From Vicugna vicugna (taxonomy: Eukaryota), in NCBI GenBank assembly GCA_013265495.1, contig MU058384.1, positions 1,117,690-1,181,689 of the forward strand: a DNA stretch of 64,000 nt, read 5' to 3'. Shown piece after piece: positions 12,801-25,855 of the stretch. Position numbers and translations under genes: made by a program. Under the pieces are notes generated by a model. It did not search any database and was not told the origin of the DNA. It was given only the letters and a program-made list of their open reading frames with translations. How positions within the stretch are numbered: the stretch's first letter is position 1; each line of letters begins with the position of its first letter.

Positions 12801-15055
12801 AATACCTCACTTTAAATAACAGGTAGAACAACTAGACAGAAGATCAATAAAGACATAGAGTATTTGAATAATGCCATAACTCAGATCTCACAGACGCATA
12901 TGGAATACTCTACCACCACCAGCAGAATATTCATTTATCTGAGGCGGATATGAAACATTCTCCAAAATAAACTGCATTAAAGGCTATAAAATAAATCTCC
13001 ATAAATTTAAAAATAGTGAAATCAGATAAATATTTTCTCCATCCACAATGAAATGAAAATACAAATTAATAACAGAAGAAAATCTGAAAAATTCACAAAT
13101 ATGTGGAAGTTCTTGATCAAAGAAGAAATAAGAAAATTAGATAATACTTTGAGACAAACAGAAACAAAAGCACAAAATAATAAATAATATGAGATGTAGC
13201 TAAAACAGTGCTCAAAGGGAAATTTACACCTACAAATTCTACATTTAAAAGGAAGAACTGTCTCAAATCAATAAACTAACTTTACACTTAAAGAAACTAG
13301 AACAAGAAAAGCAAACTAAGTCCAAAGCTAGTAGAGGAAAGGAAATGAAAAAGATAGGAATAGAGATTTTAAAAATAGAGAAAAATTATAGAATCAGTGA
13401 AATACAAAACATTGGTTCCTTGAAAAGATCAGCAAAATTTACAGACCTTTAGGTAGACTAAGGAAAAAGAAAGATTATTCAAATTACTTAAATTAGAAAT
13501 GAAAATGGTATTATTATTGGCCTCAAATTAAAATTTTTATTACAAGAGAATATTATGAACAATTGTATGCCAACAAATTAGATAACCTAGGTGAAATGGA
13601 TATATTTCTAGAAAGAGAAAACTACCAATACTAACTGAAGAACAAATATAAAATCTGAATAGATCAATAACAAGAGATTGCACCAGTAAACAAAAACTTT
13701 TCAAGAAAAGAAGTCTAGGACCAGATGGATTCAACTGATTAGTCCTACCAAACATTTAAAGAAAAATGAACATAAATTCAAAAGAGTAGGAGCCATTTCC
13801 TAACTTGCTCTGTGAGGCCAATTATTACCCTCATACAGAAGACAAGGCATCATGAGAAAAGAAAAACACAGAACAATATCTCTTATGAATATAGATGCAA
13901 AATCCTCAACAAAATACTATCAAACTGAAGCAAGCAGCATGAAAAGATTTATATGCCATGGCCAGTTGGAATTTATCGCAGGATTGCAAGGGTGATTCAA
14001 CATATGGAAATCAATCAGTGGAATATATCATATTAATAGAAAGAAGGACAAAAACCACATGATTTTGTCAATTGATGTAGCAAAGCACCTGAAAAAATAC
14101 AGCATCCATAAGCATCTATCCACAATATATAAGACACACTTAAAACTCAACAATAAAAAGCAAACAATTCAATTTAAAAATGAAAAAAAAATACTTGAGT
14201 AGACATTTCTCCTCCAAAAAGGTGTGAAATGTCCAACAGGCACTTGAAAAGTGTTTAACATCATCAGTCATTAGGGTAATGTAAATTAAAGCCACAATGA
14301 GATATCACCTCACACTAAAATGGCTATACTAAAAATACAAAAATAAAAACAGAAAATAACAAGCATTGGCTAGCATGTGGAGAAACTGGAATTCTCAAAC
14401 ATTGCTGGTAGGAATGTAAAATGATGTGGCCACTGTGGAAAAGAGTTGGTGATTCTTCAAAACTTAAACATATTATTATCTATTACCATAAAAACCCTGC
14501 AATTCCCCTCTTAGCTGTATATCCAAAAGAATTAAAAAAAAAAACAATGTTCAAACACTTGTACACAAATATTCAAAGAGGCACCAGTCAAAAGAGTCTA
14601 AAAGGTGAAAACAATTCATATGTTCCTCAGCTGATGAATGGATAAACAAAATGTGGCATAGTCATACAACAGAACTCAACGATAAAGAGGAATGAAACAA
14701 AGACACATACTACAGCATGGCTGGATCTCAAAAACATTACGCTAACTGAAAAAAGGCAGACACAAAAGACTACATATTAAGTGATTCCATTTATTAGGAT
14801 CTCCAGAACAGACAGATCCATAGAGACAGAAAGCAGACTAGCAGTTGCCAGAGGCTGAGGTAAATAGTCACTACTTAATGGTTGTCAGGGTTGGAAGGAG
14901 GGGGAAATGGAGAGTCACTGCTGAATGGCTAAGGAGTTTCCTTTGGGGTGATGAAACTATTATGAAACTAGATAGTGGTAATGTGGTACAACACTGTGAG
15001 TGTATACTTTAAAATGGCAAATTTTATCTTGAGTGAATTTTCTTACAAGTTGAAA
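9895..15055 (+). mobile_element. Decayed L1MB-like LINE: 5'UTR, ORF1 (~11000-11870), ORF2 5' half (~12390-14110), internal deletion, ORF2 end and 3'UTR
   Basis: ORF1 motifs 'catcagaaaccatagaggccagaggacagtagaatgacacatt'; RT motifs 'ggaccagatggattcaactg' and 'atagatgcaaaatcctcaacaaaatact'; ORF 14421-14645 (PLWKRV..NPAIPLLAVYPKELK) is the L1 ORF2p C-terminus; L1MB-type 3'UTR; many stops and frameshifts. Confidence 0.92.
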
Positions 15056-15374
15056 AAGTATAAATTAATGGGCAGCATAAAATGAGTCTATGACAGATGT
15101 CCTGCTGTGCTATATAATTCCTATCAAAAAGGGAAGGCATGAAACATTCTCCAAGAATGCAGAGGCAGAGAATACTTTGAGCTTCAGAGGGGAAAAGGTT
15201 CCTAGAATCAAAACCTCCTCTGGACTTTCAAAGAAGTCTGGGGGAGGTGGTTGTGGCTAAGTGGAATTTGAGTGAGCCTCCAGGAAGGGGGCAGATATTC
15301 ATCTGGGAGCAAATGCTATCCCCTTGCACAGGGTGGTTTTGGTTCGCCACCACATGAGAGTCATTTCCTGAAAC

Positions 15375-15640
15375 GTAAATGGCAAATAGGTGACTCAAAA
15401 GCCAAATGTAGCCCATAGATGAAAATGGTTTGGTGCACACAGTTATTTAAATATGGGAAAAATCCACTTAAAATCAAGATTTCAAACTACTCTTAAAAAT
15501 AAGCAACAAAAAAAATAGCAATGGACTCTATTCTTGCAATTACAAGCTGATTAGAGCAAAGCATTAATGGGCCTTTTCCAAGGAGCCTAAAAACAGTTGC
15601 ATTGCTTACTTTCTAGGCATTTAAATTTGAAATACAGGAT
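15375..15640 (-). mobile_element. MER102-like hAT-Charlie DNA transposon
   Basis: 'gccaaatgtagcccatagatg...gtttggtgcacacagt' and terminal 'taggcatttaaatttgaaa' match antisense MER102. Confidence 0.55.
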
Positions 15641-16989
15641 TAAAAAAATTTTTTTAGCTTTTATAGTACCATAATTCTAAAATAAATTCACTAAAAGTGA
15701 CCTTTCCATGAACCTTAAGGATATAGATAATTTCAAATTTTTGAGTCACTGTACATCCCACAGAACCCAAGATACTCTGCATTATAGACATCCAGTTTTT
15801 ATTTTACAATCAAGCCATCTAACCCTCCTTATGAGATGAATTGATTTATTCCTTCATAATCTCATTTTAGGAGTTTATAGACCAAATGGGACACATGTCC
15901 TAGGAAATGTTAATGTGGAAAGGAGTTACTCAGAAATATGAATTCCCTGTGTTTAAAAAACAGAATTTAAAGGAAGGATATCTATTTTCAATCAGTTTTA
16001 TAATAGAACCCCAGCATATTTTTCCACCTTCAAAATATCCTAATTCTATATATTTGTAGCTGAATATATTTTTGTTCTGACACAGCTGGAAAAAGCTCCA
16101 ATTTAGCAATTTAGATTTAGCAAACAATTTGTGCATAATATGGCCCATTTGCTTTTGGTGTTATTTCATCATGATTTTAGAGCCCAAAATACTGCAATAT
16201 AAAAATCAGCAATTGAGTATGTGCAATGACTCTGATGAACTGGATTTTCAATGGTAGTTTGTTTAAAATATTATCCAGCCTGCTTAGAATGTATAATTTC
16301 AAAAACATCATGACTTAAAAGGTAAGATGCCCCTTACTGTGTCTAATTTCCATTACAAATCCAGAGGACACAAGCTGTGATATCACTCACTTCCTATGTG
16401 AGGAGAACTTAACCCTCTGACCCACCTCACTCTCCTCTATTCTTCAGAACACTGAACCAAGGCTATTCCTGATAAACTTACAACTTAATTTGTTTTTAAC
16501 ATTGTAAGTCTAGATTTTGTCTAAGTTTCTCAAACGGGAAGCAAATTATATGCCACCCTCCAAGACTACTGTCCTCTAAATAAAAGAACAAGACTCAATT
16601 GCACTAGAACTAATCAGTGTTGGTTTTTTTCAGGATATTTTTAGGTATGGGCAGTGACTACAGTGAAGCTTCATCTTGTTCAAGTTCAGTTCTGCACTAT
16701 GATAACAGATAAAACACATGCACACACACCCGTGTGAGGAAAGGTGGTCTCAGAATCAAGCCCTCCTGCCTTGAGCTTCTGATGGATATTCTGAGGCTAG
16801 CAACCACCTGCCCTTGGAGCACTTGTTTTCTTGTGTTTCGGACGAGTGTCCTTCTGGTGGCTCCCTGATTGTTGCCCTACCTGACTTACTAAAGAAGCTG
16901 TGTTTGTACTGCCCTAGAATCCACTCAAGTCTAGACTCCACTCTGTATACTTTACCCTGATTCCCACTTTGTGGAACAAGATTTTTCCT

Positions 16990-17530
16990 TTCATCCATCC
17001 ACCCATTCATCCATAGAACTATACAATTCAAAGCATCTACCATGTGTCAGACCAAGTTGTGAGGCAAGTGAAGCTAAAAATATTCCTGGTGAGTGTCTTC
17101 AGAATATTTACAACAACGTAAGGGAAAGGCGCACATTAAAGATACAATCACATCCAGTGAGGCAAACATAATGGTTAAGTAGTGCCCAAGATTTTATAAA
17201 GGCTCGGATGTTGAAAAGTAGCTTATAGGAAGGATGTAAAGAAAGACTTTACAAAGAAAGACATGTATGAAATGAGTTTCAATTAATAAGATTACCCAGG
17301 GGAAATAAAAGATAATGAAGATAAAGAGATAAAATGAGGTAAAGGAGAAAAGTGTTACCATCAAGGAGGTATGGGGATAAAGACATGGAGACATGAAGCA
17401 ACATACTGTGTGCAGGTAACTACAGTCTTCCCCGTGATGCTCAATTAAACCGTGTGAGCTGAAAATCACGAGAAATGAGGACAGGGAAGTAAGAAGAGTT
17501 CAGATATCTGTGGGCCTTTGATCCCAAGCT
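16990..17530 (-). mobile_element. L2 LINE 3' portion
   Basis: 'ttcatccatccacccattcatcc...agcatctaccatgtgtcagacc' is the antisense L2 tail, followed by purine-rich antisense ORF2. Confidence 0.7.
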
Positions 17531-18989
17531 ATCCCTGGGGTAGCTTCTGCACATCACATACATTTAATGTTTTTCTTTCTTACTGTGAACATTACCTTAA
17601 GTATTTCTCATACTTGCTTGATAAAAAGAATCAACCAGAGTTGTAAAAAAGGTATATGTTATGAGATCCCTCTGTTTGAAAGTCTGATACAATATTGTCT
17701 GGGAAGGAGGAATCTGGATTCTTAACAAGATTATTACGATCAGACCCATTTGGAAAACACTCACCTTAGTAGTAATTTCTAAAGAAACAGAACATGTCAA
17801 AACTGTATGTGTTTTTTTAATTGCTTTAAATAATAGATTAAAATAAACTGAGGCTATTGTATACATTGGAGAGACTCAGTATTGTAATAAAAAATTTATT
17901 TACTATTCCATAGTCAAGGCAAGATTTAAATTACCTATTTCAGAATTATATCAAGCCATTTTATGGCATTGAATAACCCCTGAATTAATTAACCATAAAA
18001 CACTGATGAACTAGTTTTCATCCTATATTTTCTTTTTAAAACGAAATGAATGAAAATAGAAAGAAATGATAATTTTATCATTTTATAAATTCCAAAGATT
18101 AACTTCCATGTCCAGTCTAATTTGCATGATAATGACATTCTGTCAACCTTAATTTTTACTCTGAATTTTCAGTTGGCTATGGTATATGTATTCATGTTTT
18201 TCTTTATGCTTTGCTAGGAATTCTTAAAATAGGTGACATTTTAATCCAGAGGTGATAGAGAAAATATATCTATGCTATAAGCTGTGTGATACATTCATAT
18301 AGCTCCCAGAGTACCTTGCAATTCATCTACATGACAGCTGTTATTGAAGCTTAAGATCATTAGCACAGGAAACTTGGCAAGGACATAGGACTGGGTTATA
18401 AATATTGGCTTCAGATGTCATTTTAGGGCAGAGTTAAATTCTCTCAGGATGTAGTAGCATGTATTATATAAGAAATCTCAGTGGAATCCAAAGTTACTTG
18501 TGAGATTAATGAATTAGACCAAAGGAAAGCATAAAATAAAATTTGGATTCAAGTTGTTTTTGATTTTTAAAAAAGTTTTTGTAGCAAAGTTGAAGGGTTT
18601 AATTTTTGTAACCTACAAATTGTCTATATGAGGCAAGTTACTTAACTCCTCTAAGACATTTTATTCCTGAGTAAAATTTGGATACATGGAATTTGTCTTT
18701 TTGCTTTTTGTTTTTGTTTTGCCTACCACATACTAAGTTCTTCTCCTTCCTCTTTCTTTGTTATCCTTTCCTTCATTTTCCCTCATCTTCCTCCTCTTCT
18801 TAGTCTATAATTATTAGTATCATCATTTTTTACACAGTGACACATTCTTTTACCTCCATTTTCTAAAGATTTTCTAATTACTTGAATCATTTTTTAAAAA
18901 CTACATTTTAGCTACTAGAGTAGCTGTATTTAGAGCAAAAAGTTGTACATCAAGTCACTTGCCTAGTGATGTACATTTTGAATAATAAA

Positions 18990-19745
18990 CACTATTTATT
19001 CAAACATCTATTCTAAAAATGATTTGAGGCTCATAATAAAATTACATGCCTTCTGACAAGCTAAAAATAAAGTGATGAAAATGAGAGGAGAAGGAGATGA
19101 GAAGGAGATGAAGTCAGGGGAAAATTAAGACACCAATGAATGCCATAAAATGATGCAAAAGAATTTAGACTGCAAAATGCCTTTGCTTTTCCTAGAGCTT
19201 AATGCATACAATAACAATAGTAACAGTAAAATAATAATAACAAAAAAGAATAAGGAAAATCATGTCTTATAAGTTACAGAGTTAGGGAGATTAAATCACA
19301 TAAACAAGAACAGTAGTGGAGGACAAGCATAAATATTCTTGGTACTAAGAACAGAGAGAATTTTCTCCTTCAGTCTCCATGAGGTGAGTACTGATCAGCA
19401 AAAAAAGGACAATGACCTTGGCATTCTTCCAGTAAATGAGTGTGCTCCAAAAAGCTCTGACTAGAACGTTATTTTGAACTTGGGCATTGGCATAAGCCAA
19501 AGTAAGGATCAAAGAAAGCTATTCTATGACTGGTCAAAACAATATGGTCCCAATGTGGACCTTCATGATGGTCTGACTTGATATAACAGTAAGATTTAGA
19601 ATGTCTTATGGAGATGGTTTTATGACATATGGCGTTTTTGTTTTTGTTTTTGTTTTTTGATCTTTAACAATGCCATGACCCAGCTAAGGATTATGGGGCA
19701 GCAGTTTAAGGTTATTCTCTGATTAGTACTTAGATACCAGAGATA
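18990..19745 (-). mobile_element. L4 (RTE-X) LINE relic
   Basis: 'ctattctaaaaatgatttgaggc' resembles the antisense L4 3' end; 'ttcttggtactaagaacagagagaattttctcc' is also L4-like. Confidence 0.45.
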
Positions 19746-22629
19746 ATATATTGTCAATTTAAGGCATATTCATATGGCAGTCATAAAACTGACATTTCAT
19801 GATGAACAGTTAGGAACTAACCAGAACATATGACCAGTTAGAGCACTCATTCCACTTCTACACAGGTATGGACAAAAAAAATACACACTGTCAGAATCAA
19901 CATTTTCTTCAGGAAACAATCCAACTTCTCTCTAACACACAGGAAAAAAATGGCCTGTGACATTTTCCAGTAGTCCAATGTTAATTTTGTTATAACATAA
20001 AGCACATATTTAACAATTGAGTCTAATTTATATCACTTTAATGATTATTTATAGGAAGAAATACATACCCCAATATGTGTGTATAACTATTTAATAAGAC
20101 CTTTACAAAATGTATCTGGCTAGTGTAAATAAAGTAGGGCAAGAAAGACCAAATTTTAGAGTAACAGTTACTCTCTTCCAGGATTTTTTTCCTTTGTGGG
20201 AAACATATCTCAGAATAGCAGACGATGACCCCGGTGTGAGGGAGACAGATACAACACCTGTCTCATTCTTATGTCTTATATCACCTTGCAGCAAAACCAT
20301 CATAGTCAAATAATTCCCATTAAATATTGTAAAATAATGAGGATCTGCAGTTAAATATAGGTATTACAGATTGTTGTGAGTTATATTTTTAAATTGGAGT
20401 CAATATCATTATAGAATTTCAAATACAGAATGGAAAGGAATTGAACTGCTCAATTTTCAAGTAATATTTTATTATGAAAACATGAATCTATATCCTCAGT
20501 AGACTAAAATATTAGAAAGAAAATGCCAGTATCTTAGTGACATAGTAAATTGTTGTATCTTCAAAATACTGCATGGTTTACATATAAATTTTTTGGTATT
20601 GGCCATGATTTCTATTTTTTAAAATCTTTATAAATAGATTAACAGTCAAGATAACTGGCACCTAGGACAATTTCAATGCAAAGAACTTGTATGGGAGACC
20701 CTGAGCATATTTCATGTTTGTTAGGTTCTACAAATATGCATTTAAAAATAAGTATCCTGAAAATTTAAGGCCAAAAACAAAACTAAACAACAATTGCCAA
20801 AATCCATAAGCATTCCCATCAAAGACTTTTAAATGGTAATTAACAACACCAACCAACATAATTCAGGGTTGCAGAATCTATGACAGAGAGTTAAAGATGT
20901 GTTTAAGTTAAGAGAGTTTATCCCTAACATGAATCTAAAAGGGACAATTAAAATTAGTTGCTTTTGATAGAGCCAATCATTTCTGAGATTCAAATCTCAA
21001 AACAGTTCAGAACGACTTATTTATGGAATGCTCATTTAACTAAAGACTATTTAGATATTTATATTGTTGCAGTTTCATTCATTTTGTAACTAGGGTTGAG
21101 GGAAAAAAAGCACAAAACTTTAAACTGGACATCCAGACGTCACTGCTAACCACAGACTTACATTCTTTTGCTATTTATACCGTTTGTTTACTTTTTGCAT
21201 TTCCTCAGCTTGGACAGGGACTTTCTGCTTCTAGTCAATTTCACTCTTATTTTTGGCACATAAGTAAATTTTCCAGTACTTCTGGAAAATGTTACATCTA
21301 ACAAATTCTTAGCAAAAAGATGATGGAAACATTCCTATTGGGATTTAATAAACTGGGTGGTGATATTTGTCACTATTGTCCTAGGAGATACCCACAGTAA
21401 CCAAAAATATGTCTCCCAATAGTCTCTAGGAGGCCAGTAGCAGTAGTAAGTGGTACCTCCTTGCCTTCACCCCTAAACAACATGACCATCTAATACTATC
21501 TTCCCATTGTTTAAAACATAAATGGCCTCCAGGATTAGGCTGGCAAAGACTCATACATACTATGGTCCCTCTTGAGTTTTCTGAATGATCCACTGAGAAT
21601 TTCTGTCAATACTGTAGCCTAAGGAAATTAACTCTGGTCTCCAGTGAGTATAAAACACTAGTCTCCTGTCAGTTACCAAATTCTTATGTTTAATCCCATG
21701 GTGTTATTTAAAATGAAACTTTGGAGCACCATAAACATATTTTTTCTTTTCAAAAACTGCGAAAAGGGAAGGGATATTTTGTTTATAATAAGTGATAGCT
21801 CTTACTGATTAAACATAACTTTGTTAAAAAGGAACCTAGGAATTAATTCCCAGATGAATACTCATCCAACACCTTCATTTAGGATGCTTGCAAAAGAACT
21901 TGCCTTCTTCAAATCCCAGGGCTTTCTGCTGTTATTTTAACTGGTGCTCTCAACTTTATCTACCAGCTGGATAGAAGTAAATTTTACTTGTTTTATTGCT
22001 CAGTCAGAAGAAAATTTCCACACCAGTGTAGCCAAACTAAAAATGAATAGGAAATGATAAATACAGCTTAAGGAGGAAGGAAAGACCATTTCCTTTGGCC
22101 CTGACTGTATTATGACAAATGCTGTGCTGCCTCAATCTACAGAAAGTACGAAGACTGTATAACACACAGTGCTGCCTCCAAGCAGAGTGAGGAGACACCA
22201 CTTTATACCAACAGCTCTGACGAACAGCCTGCATCCTAAAAGTGGTTTCCTATCCCAGTAACTTTCAATCTTAATCAAAACCTTTAGTTCAAAGGCTGCA
22301 GTTACTGCTTATGGCACAAACATTCTGATTAACAAGTTTTTTTAATATCATTATAATGGAAATGCCTGTGATTTCTTTGGTGTCTGTTTTAATGCTCTTT
22401 TGTAATAGAGAAAAACCCATCAGTTATAGCTAAAATTTACTAACATGTGTCAGAAAGGGAAGAGCTTAAACAAAGATTATGACTTACTTTAATATGAACA
22501 TAAGATATTTCACAATTAATACATTTTCCCTTTTTTCTACATAGAACAACTATAAATATTTCCTTGCATACCTGCATTCTCAAATCAGCTCTCAATTAAA
22601 GAGGAAAAAAGCAGTTTGACCTTAAAATA

Positions 22630-22738
22630 ATAGTCTAGATTATCTTCAAGAAGTTTTATAATTTTACCTTTTACATTGAAATCTATCATCCATTTTGAGT
22701 TGATTTTTGTATAAGCTGTGAGGTTTGTGTTGAAATTT
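22630..22738 (-). mobile_element. Inverted 5' segment of the adjacent L1 (ORF2 fragment)
   Basis: Reverse complement reads 'aacctcacagcttatacaaaaatcaactcaaaatggatgatagatttcaatgtaaaagg...ataaaacttcttgaag' (YTKINSKW...KLLE), which lies just upstream of where the sense segment starts. Confidence 0.8.
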
Positions 22739-23985
22739 AGAGCCTGGTGAAACACATCTATGACATGACGCCAAAAGCATGATTATGAAAGAGAAAAATT
22801 GATTAACTGAACTTTACCAAAATTAAAAAGGTTTGCCCTCCAAAAGACCCTATTAAGAAGATGAAAAGACAAGCTATAGACTGAGAGAAAATATTTGCAA
22901 ACTACGTATTTGACAATGACTTATACCTGAAATACAAAAACTTCCAAAATTTGAAATTAAAATAATAATCCAATTAGGAAATGGGCAAAAGACATGAAGA
23001 GACAGTTCATCAAAAAGAATATACATACTGACAGTTCACCACAAATGATATACAGAAAGCAAGAAAACACATGACACAATGTTCAACATCACTAGCCATT
23101 AAGAAAATGCAAATTAAAACTACAATAAGATATCACAACACATCAGAATGGCTAAAATTGAAAAAGTTACAACACAAAATGCTGGCTGGAATATAGAGAA
23201 GCTATATTTCTCATGCATTGCTGATGAGAATGTAAAATGACAGAGCCTCCTCTAGAAAGTAATTTGGTAGTTTCTTACATACAGATACATATCATATAAC
23301 CTAGCAATGGTATTCCTGTTCACTTATTGCAGAGCAGCGAAAATTTGTTCCCCTAACCCTGCCAAAATTTGAATATGGTTGTTAATACCAGCTTTATTTG
23401 TAACAGACAAAAACTGGATACTACAAAAATATCCTTTAATAAGAGAATGAGTAAACAGACAACTATACACCCATCTCCCGTGGAATACTACTCAGCAATG
23501 AAGAGGACTTAACAATTGATATGTACAACAACTAAAATCGCTCTCAGGGCATTATACTGAGTGAAAAAATCCAATCAAAAAAGGTCACATACTGTATGTT
23601 TCCGTCTATATAACCTCCTTCAAATGACAAAATCATAGACATGGAACACAGATTAGTGGTTGCCAGGGCTTGAGAATGTTGAGAGGGGGAGAGTGGATGT
23701 GACTATAAAGGAAAAGCGTGAGTGAGATCTTTGTAAAGATGAAATAATTCTGTATCTCAGTTGAAGCAGTGGTTACACAAAACCGTACATATGATAAAAT
23801 GACAAGGAACTACACATGCAAATTGTACCCATGCTAAATTCCTAGATTTTATAGTATACTATAAGTATATAAGATGTATCCATTGGAGAAAACTGGGTTA
23901 AGGATACAAGGGGCCCCTCAGTACTATCTTTCCTTTTCCTATGAATATAAAATTATTCCAAAATAAGTAATTATATAAAAAGCTG
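22739..23985 (+). mobile_element. L1MD-like LINE, ORF2 C-terminus and 3'UTR
   Basis: 'atgaaaagacaagctatagactgagagaaaatatttgcaaa'; 3'UTR 'gtgactataaagg...gagatctttgt...tgtatccattggagaaaactgggttaaggataca'. Confidence 0.88.
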
Positions 23986-24169
23986 ATTAGAAGGTCAGTT
24001 TTTGCATAGGCTGTTGGATATGCTAGTTTCTCTTTTTTAGACTGAAAGTAACTCCATCAAAGTTATTCCATAGACTTTTATGCTTTACTTGGAATACTTT
24101 ATCCTATGATGAAATCTTTAAATGATGATATTTAAATTAATACCGGACCTGTTTTACATCTGCTGGCAT

Positions 24170-24620
24170 CCGCTTCCACTTTAGCAAGCTATGTTGGATG
24201 TGGGGAGTTACACTCTGTGCCCTCCTTACATTTAAAATGGTCCAGATAGGGACCTGATTCCCATTTGCAAAGATCAGCACCTGACCCAAGCTGCCCAATA
24301 AAAAAATTTCATCTTCTTGACTACAGCAATTGATTTAGGCATGAGAAATGTGACACACACAGGTCAATCTAAGTTGTTCTGAGATTAATACATGGACAAT
24401 CAAAAAAGAGTGCTCTTACTTTTATTTATTTTTATAATCATTGACCATAGGTTTATAGATTTGTAGCTTCTAGTCACATGGAGAAGGTTGCCCTGAGAAT
24501 TAAATCAATAGGCTAGCATCACCCTTGAGTCAGAGAATCCCTTTATTTCTTTATGTTTTGCTTAAATTAGTCTGGGTCAGGTCTCTGTCACCTATATTCC
24601 TGGGTCCTGATAAATATAAA
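24170..24620 (+). mobile_element. MLT1K/L-like MaLR LTR
   Basis: 'cacctgacccaagctgcccaat...ttgactacagcaattgatttaggcatgag' and 3' end 'ttttgcttaaattagtctgggtcaggtctctgtcacct...gtcctgataaata'. Confidence 0.6.
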
Positions 24621-25855
24621 AAAGTATAAATATAGATATTGAAAATATTACTTATTATAATATTTTCATTTGAAGAAATGAAAGAGAAAAGGCTATAATC
24701 CTTATTTATAAGTTAATTAACAAGCTGGATAATATACAATTATATATATGAAATTGCTGAACTTTTGACTTACACAATGTAATATTATATGGTTCAAATA
24801 GCTTACTACATATTTAGTTAACTAACTAGTTAATCAATTACTTAGAGATTTATTTAGTTATACTTGCTTCCTTCCACAAAAGTTTGAGATCACTATTTTC
24901 CTAAATTTATTAATAAGTATATTTCTCCAGTAAAGTTTCTGAAATTCCTTCTATTGGTTACCTGGTTTAGAACAGAGTGTATTTCAGAAATCTTGATCTA
25001 CTTCCTACATAAATGACAGTGTAAATAAAATTGAGAACTTGATTTAGGATACCATTTGTCACATGATATCATGGTGATAAGAGTTATTTCTTTAAAAGAA
25101 ATGCAAAAGAAGATCCTTAAGTCCTCTATTATATGAGCATGTTTTGACTTCAATTACTCCCACTCCAATAATACAGTATTTTAATTCAAGAATATTTTTA
25201 ACATCTGTCAACCTAAGAAGAACCTAGATACAGTATAATTTTAAGAGAATCTTTTGCATTTTGCACTTGAAATGTTAACTTCAAATGAAGATAAAATGAT
25301 AAAACTTTGATACTATATTCATTGGACTTTTTTTTTTCATTTATATTGGCAAAATAATCCCAGACATAGCTATTAACTTCAAAAATAGAGCTTCCCCTGT
25401 CCTTTCTTAAAAAATTCTTTTCTTTCCCTCCATATTCTAGCCCCTTGTCCCCTTCTGTCTCTGAATGTAAAGCATCTCATGATCAAGTTGCATTTCTCAC
25501 AACTTCCTCAAATGTCTTGAAAGCCAACTCCCCCTCAAAAAAACAAGAATAAAGAATTTAAAGGAAAAGACAAATGTGATCCTGAAGAGCAGACTGTCTC
25601 CGTGGTTCAGAGTCATATTCTGATGACAGCTTAAAGACCCCAGAAACATGGTAAGAACTTTAATCACCATAACATGTATAAAAGGGTCTTTTAATTTTTA
25701 TCAAAGTTTGTATGTGTGTATGTTTAACACAATTTATTATCCAAACTGAAATCAAAAACTAGAATTAGTATCCACCAAAAGGAAATTGCCTAGCAAATGA
25801 TGCATTTTATATTTTTCACTGTACCAGAGGAAAAAGGAAATCATAAATAGAATGA

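Noticed and set aside
14840..14930. Short duplicated segment in the L1MB 3'UTR
   Set aside because: Minor duplication internal to a repeat; may be part of the subfamily consensus.
25441..25650. Plus-strand 210-nt segment with acceptor and ATG|gtaaga donor
   Set aside because: Stops in all three frames and no other support.
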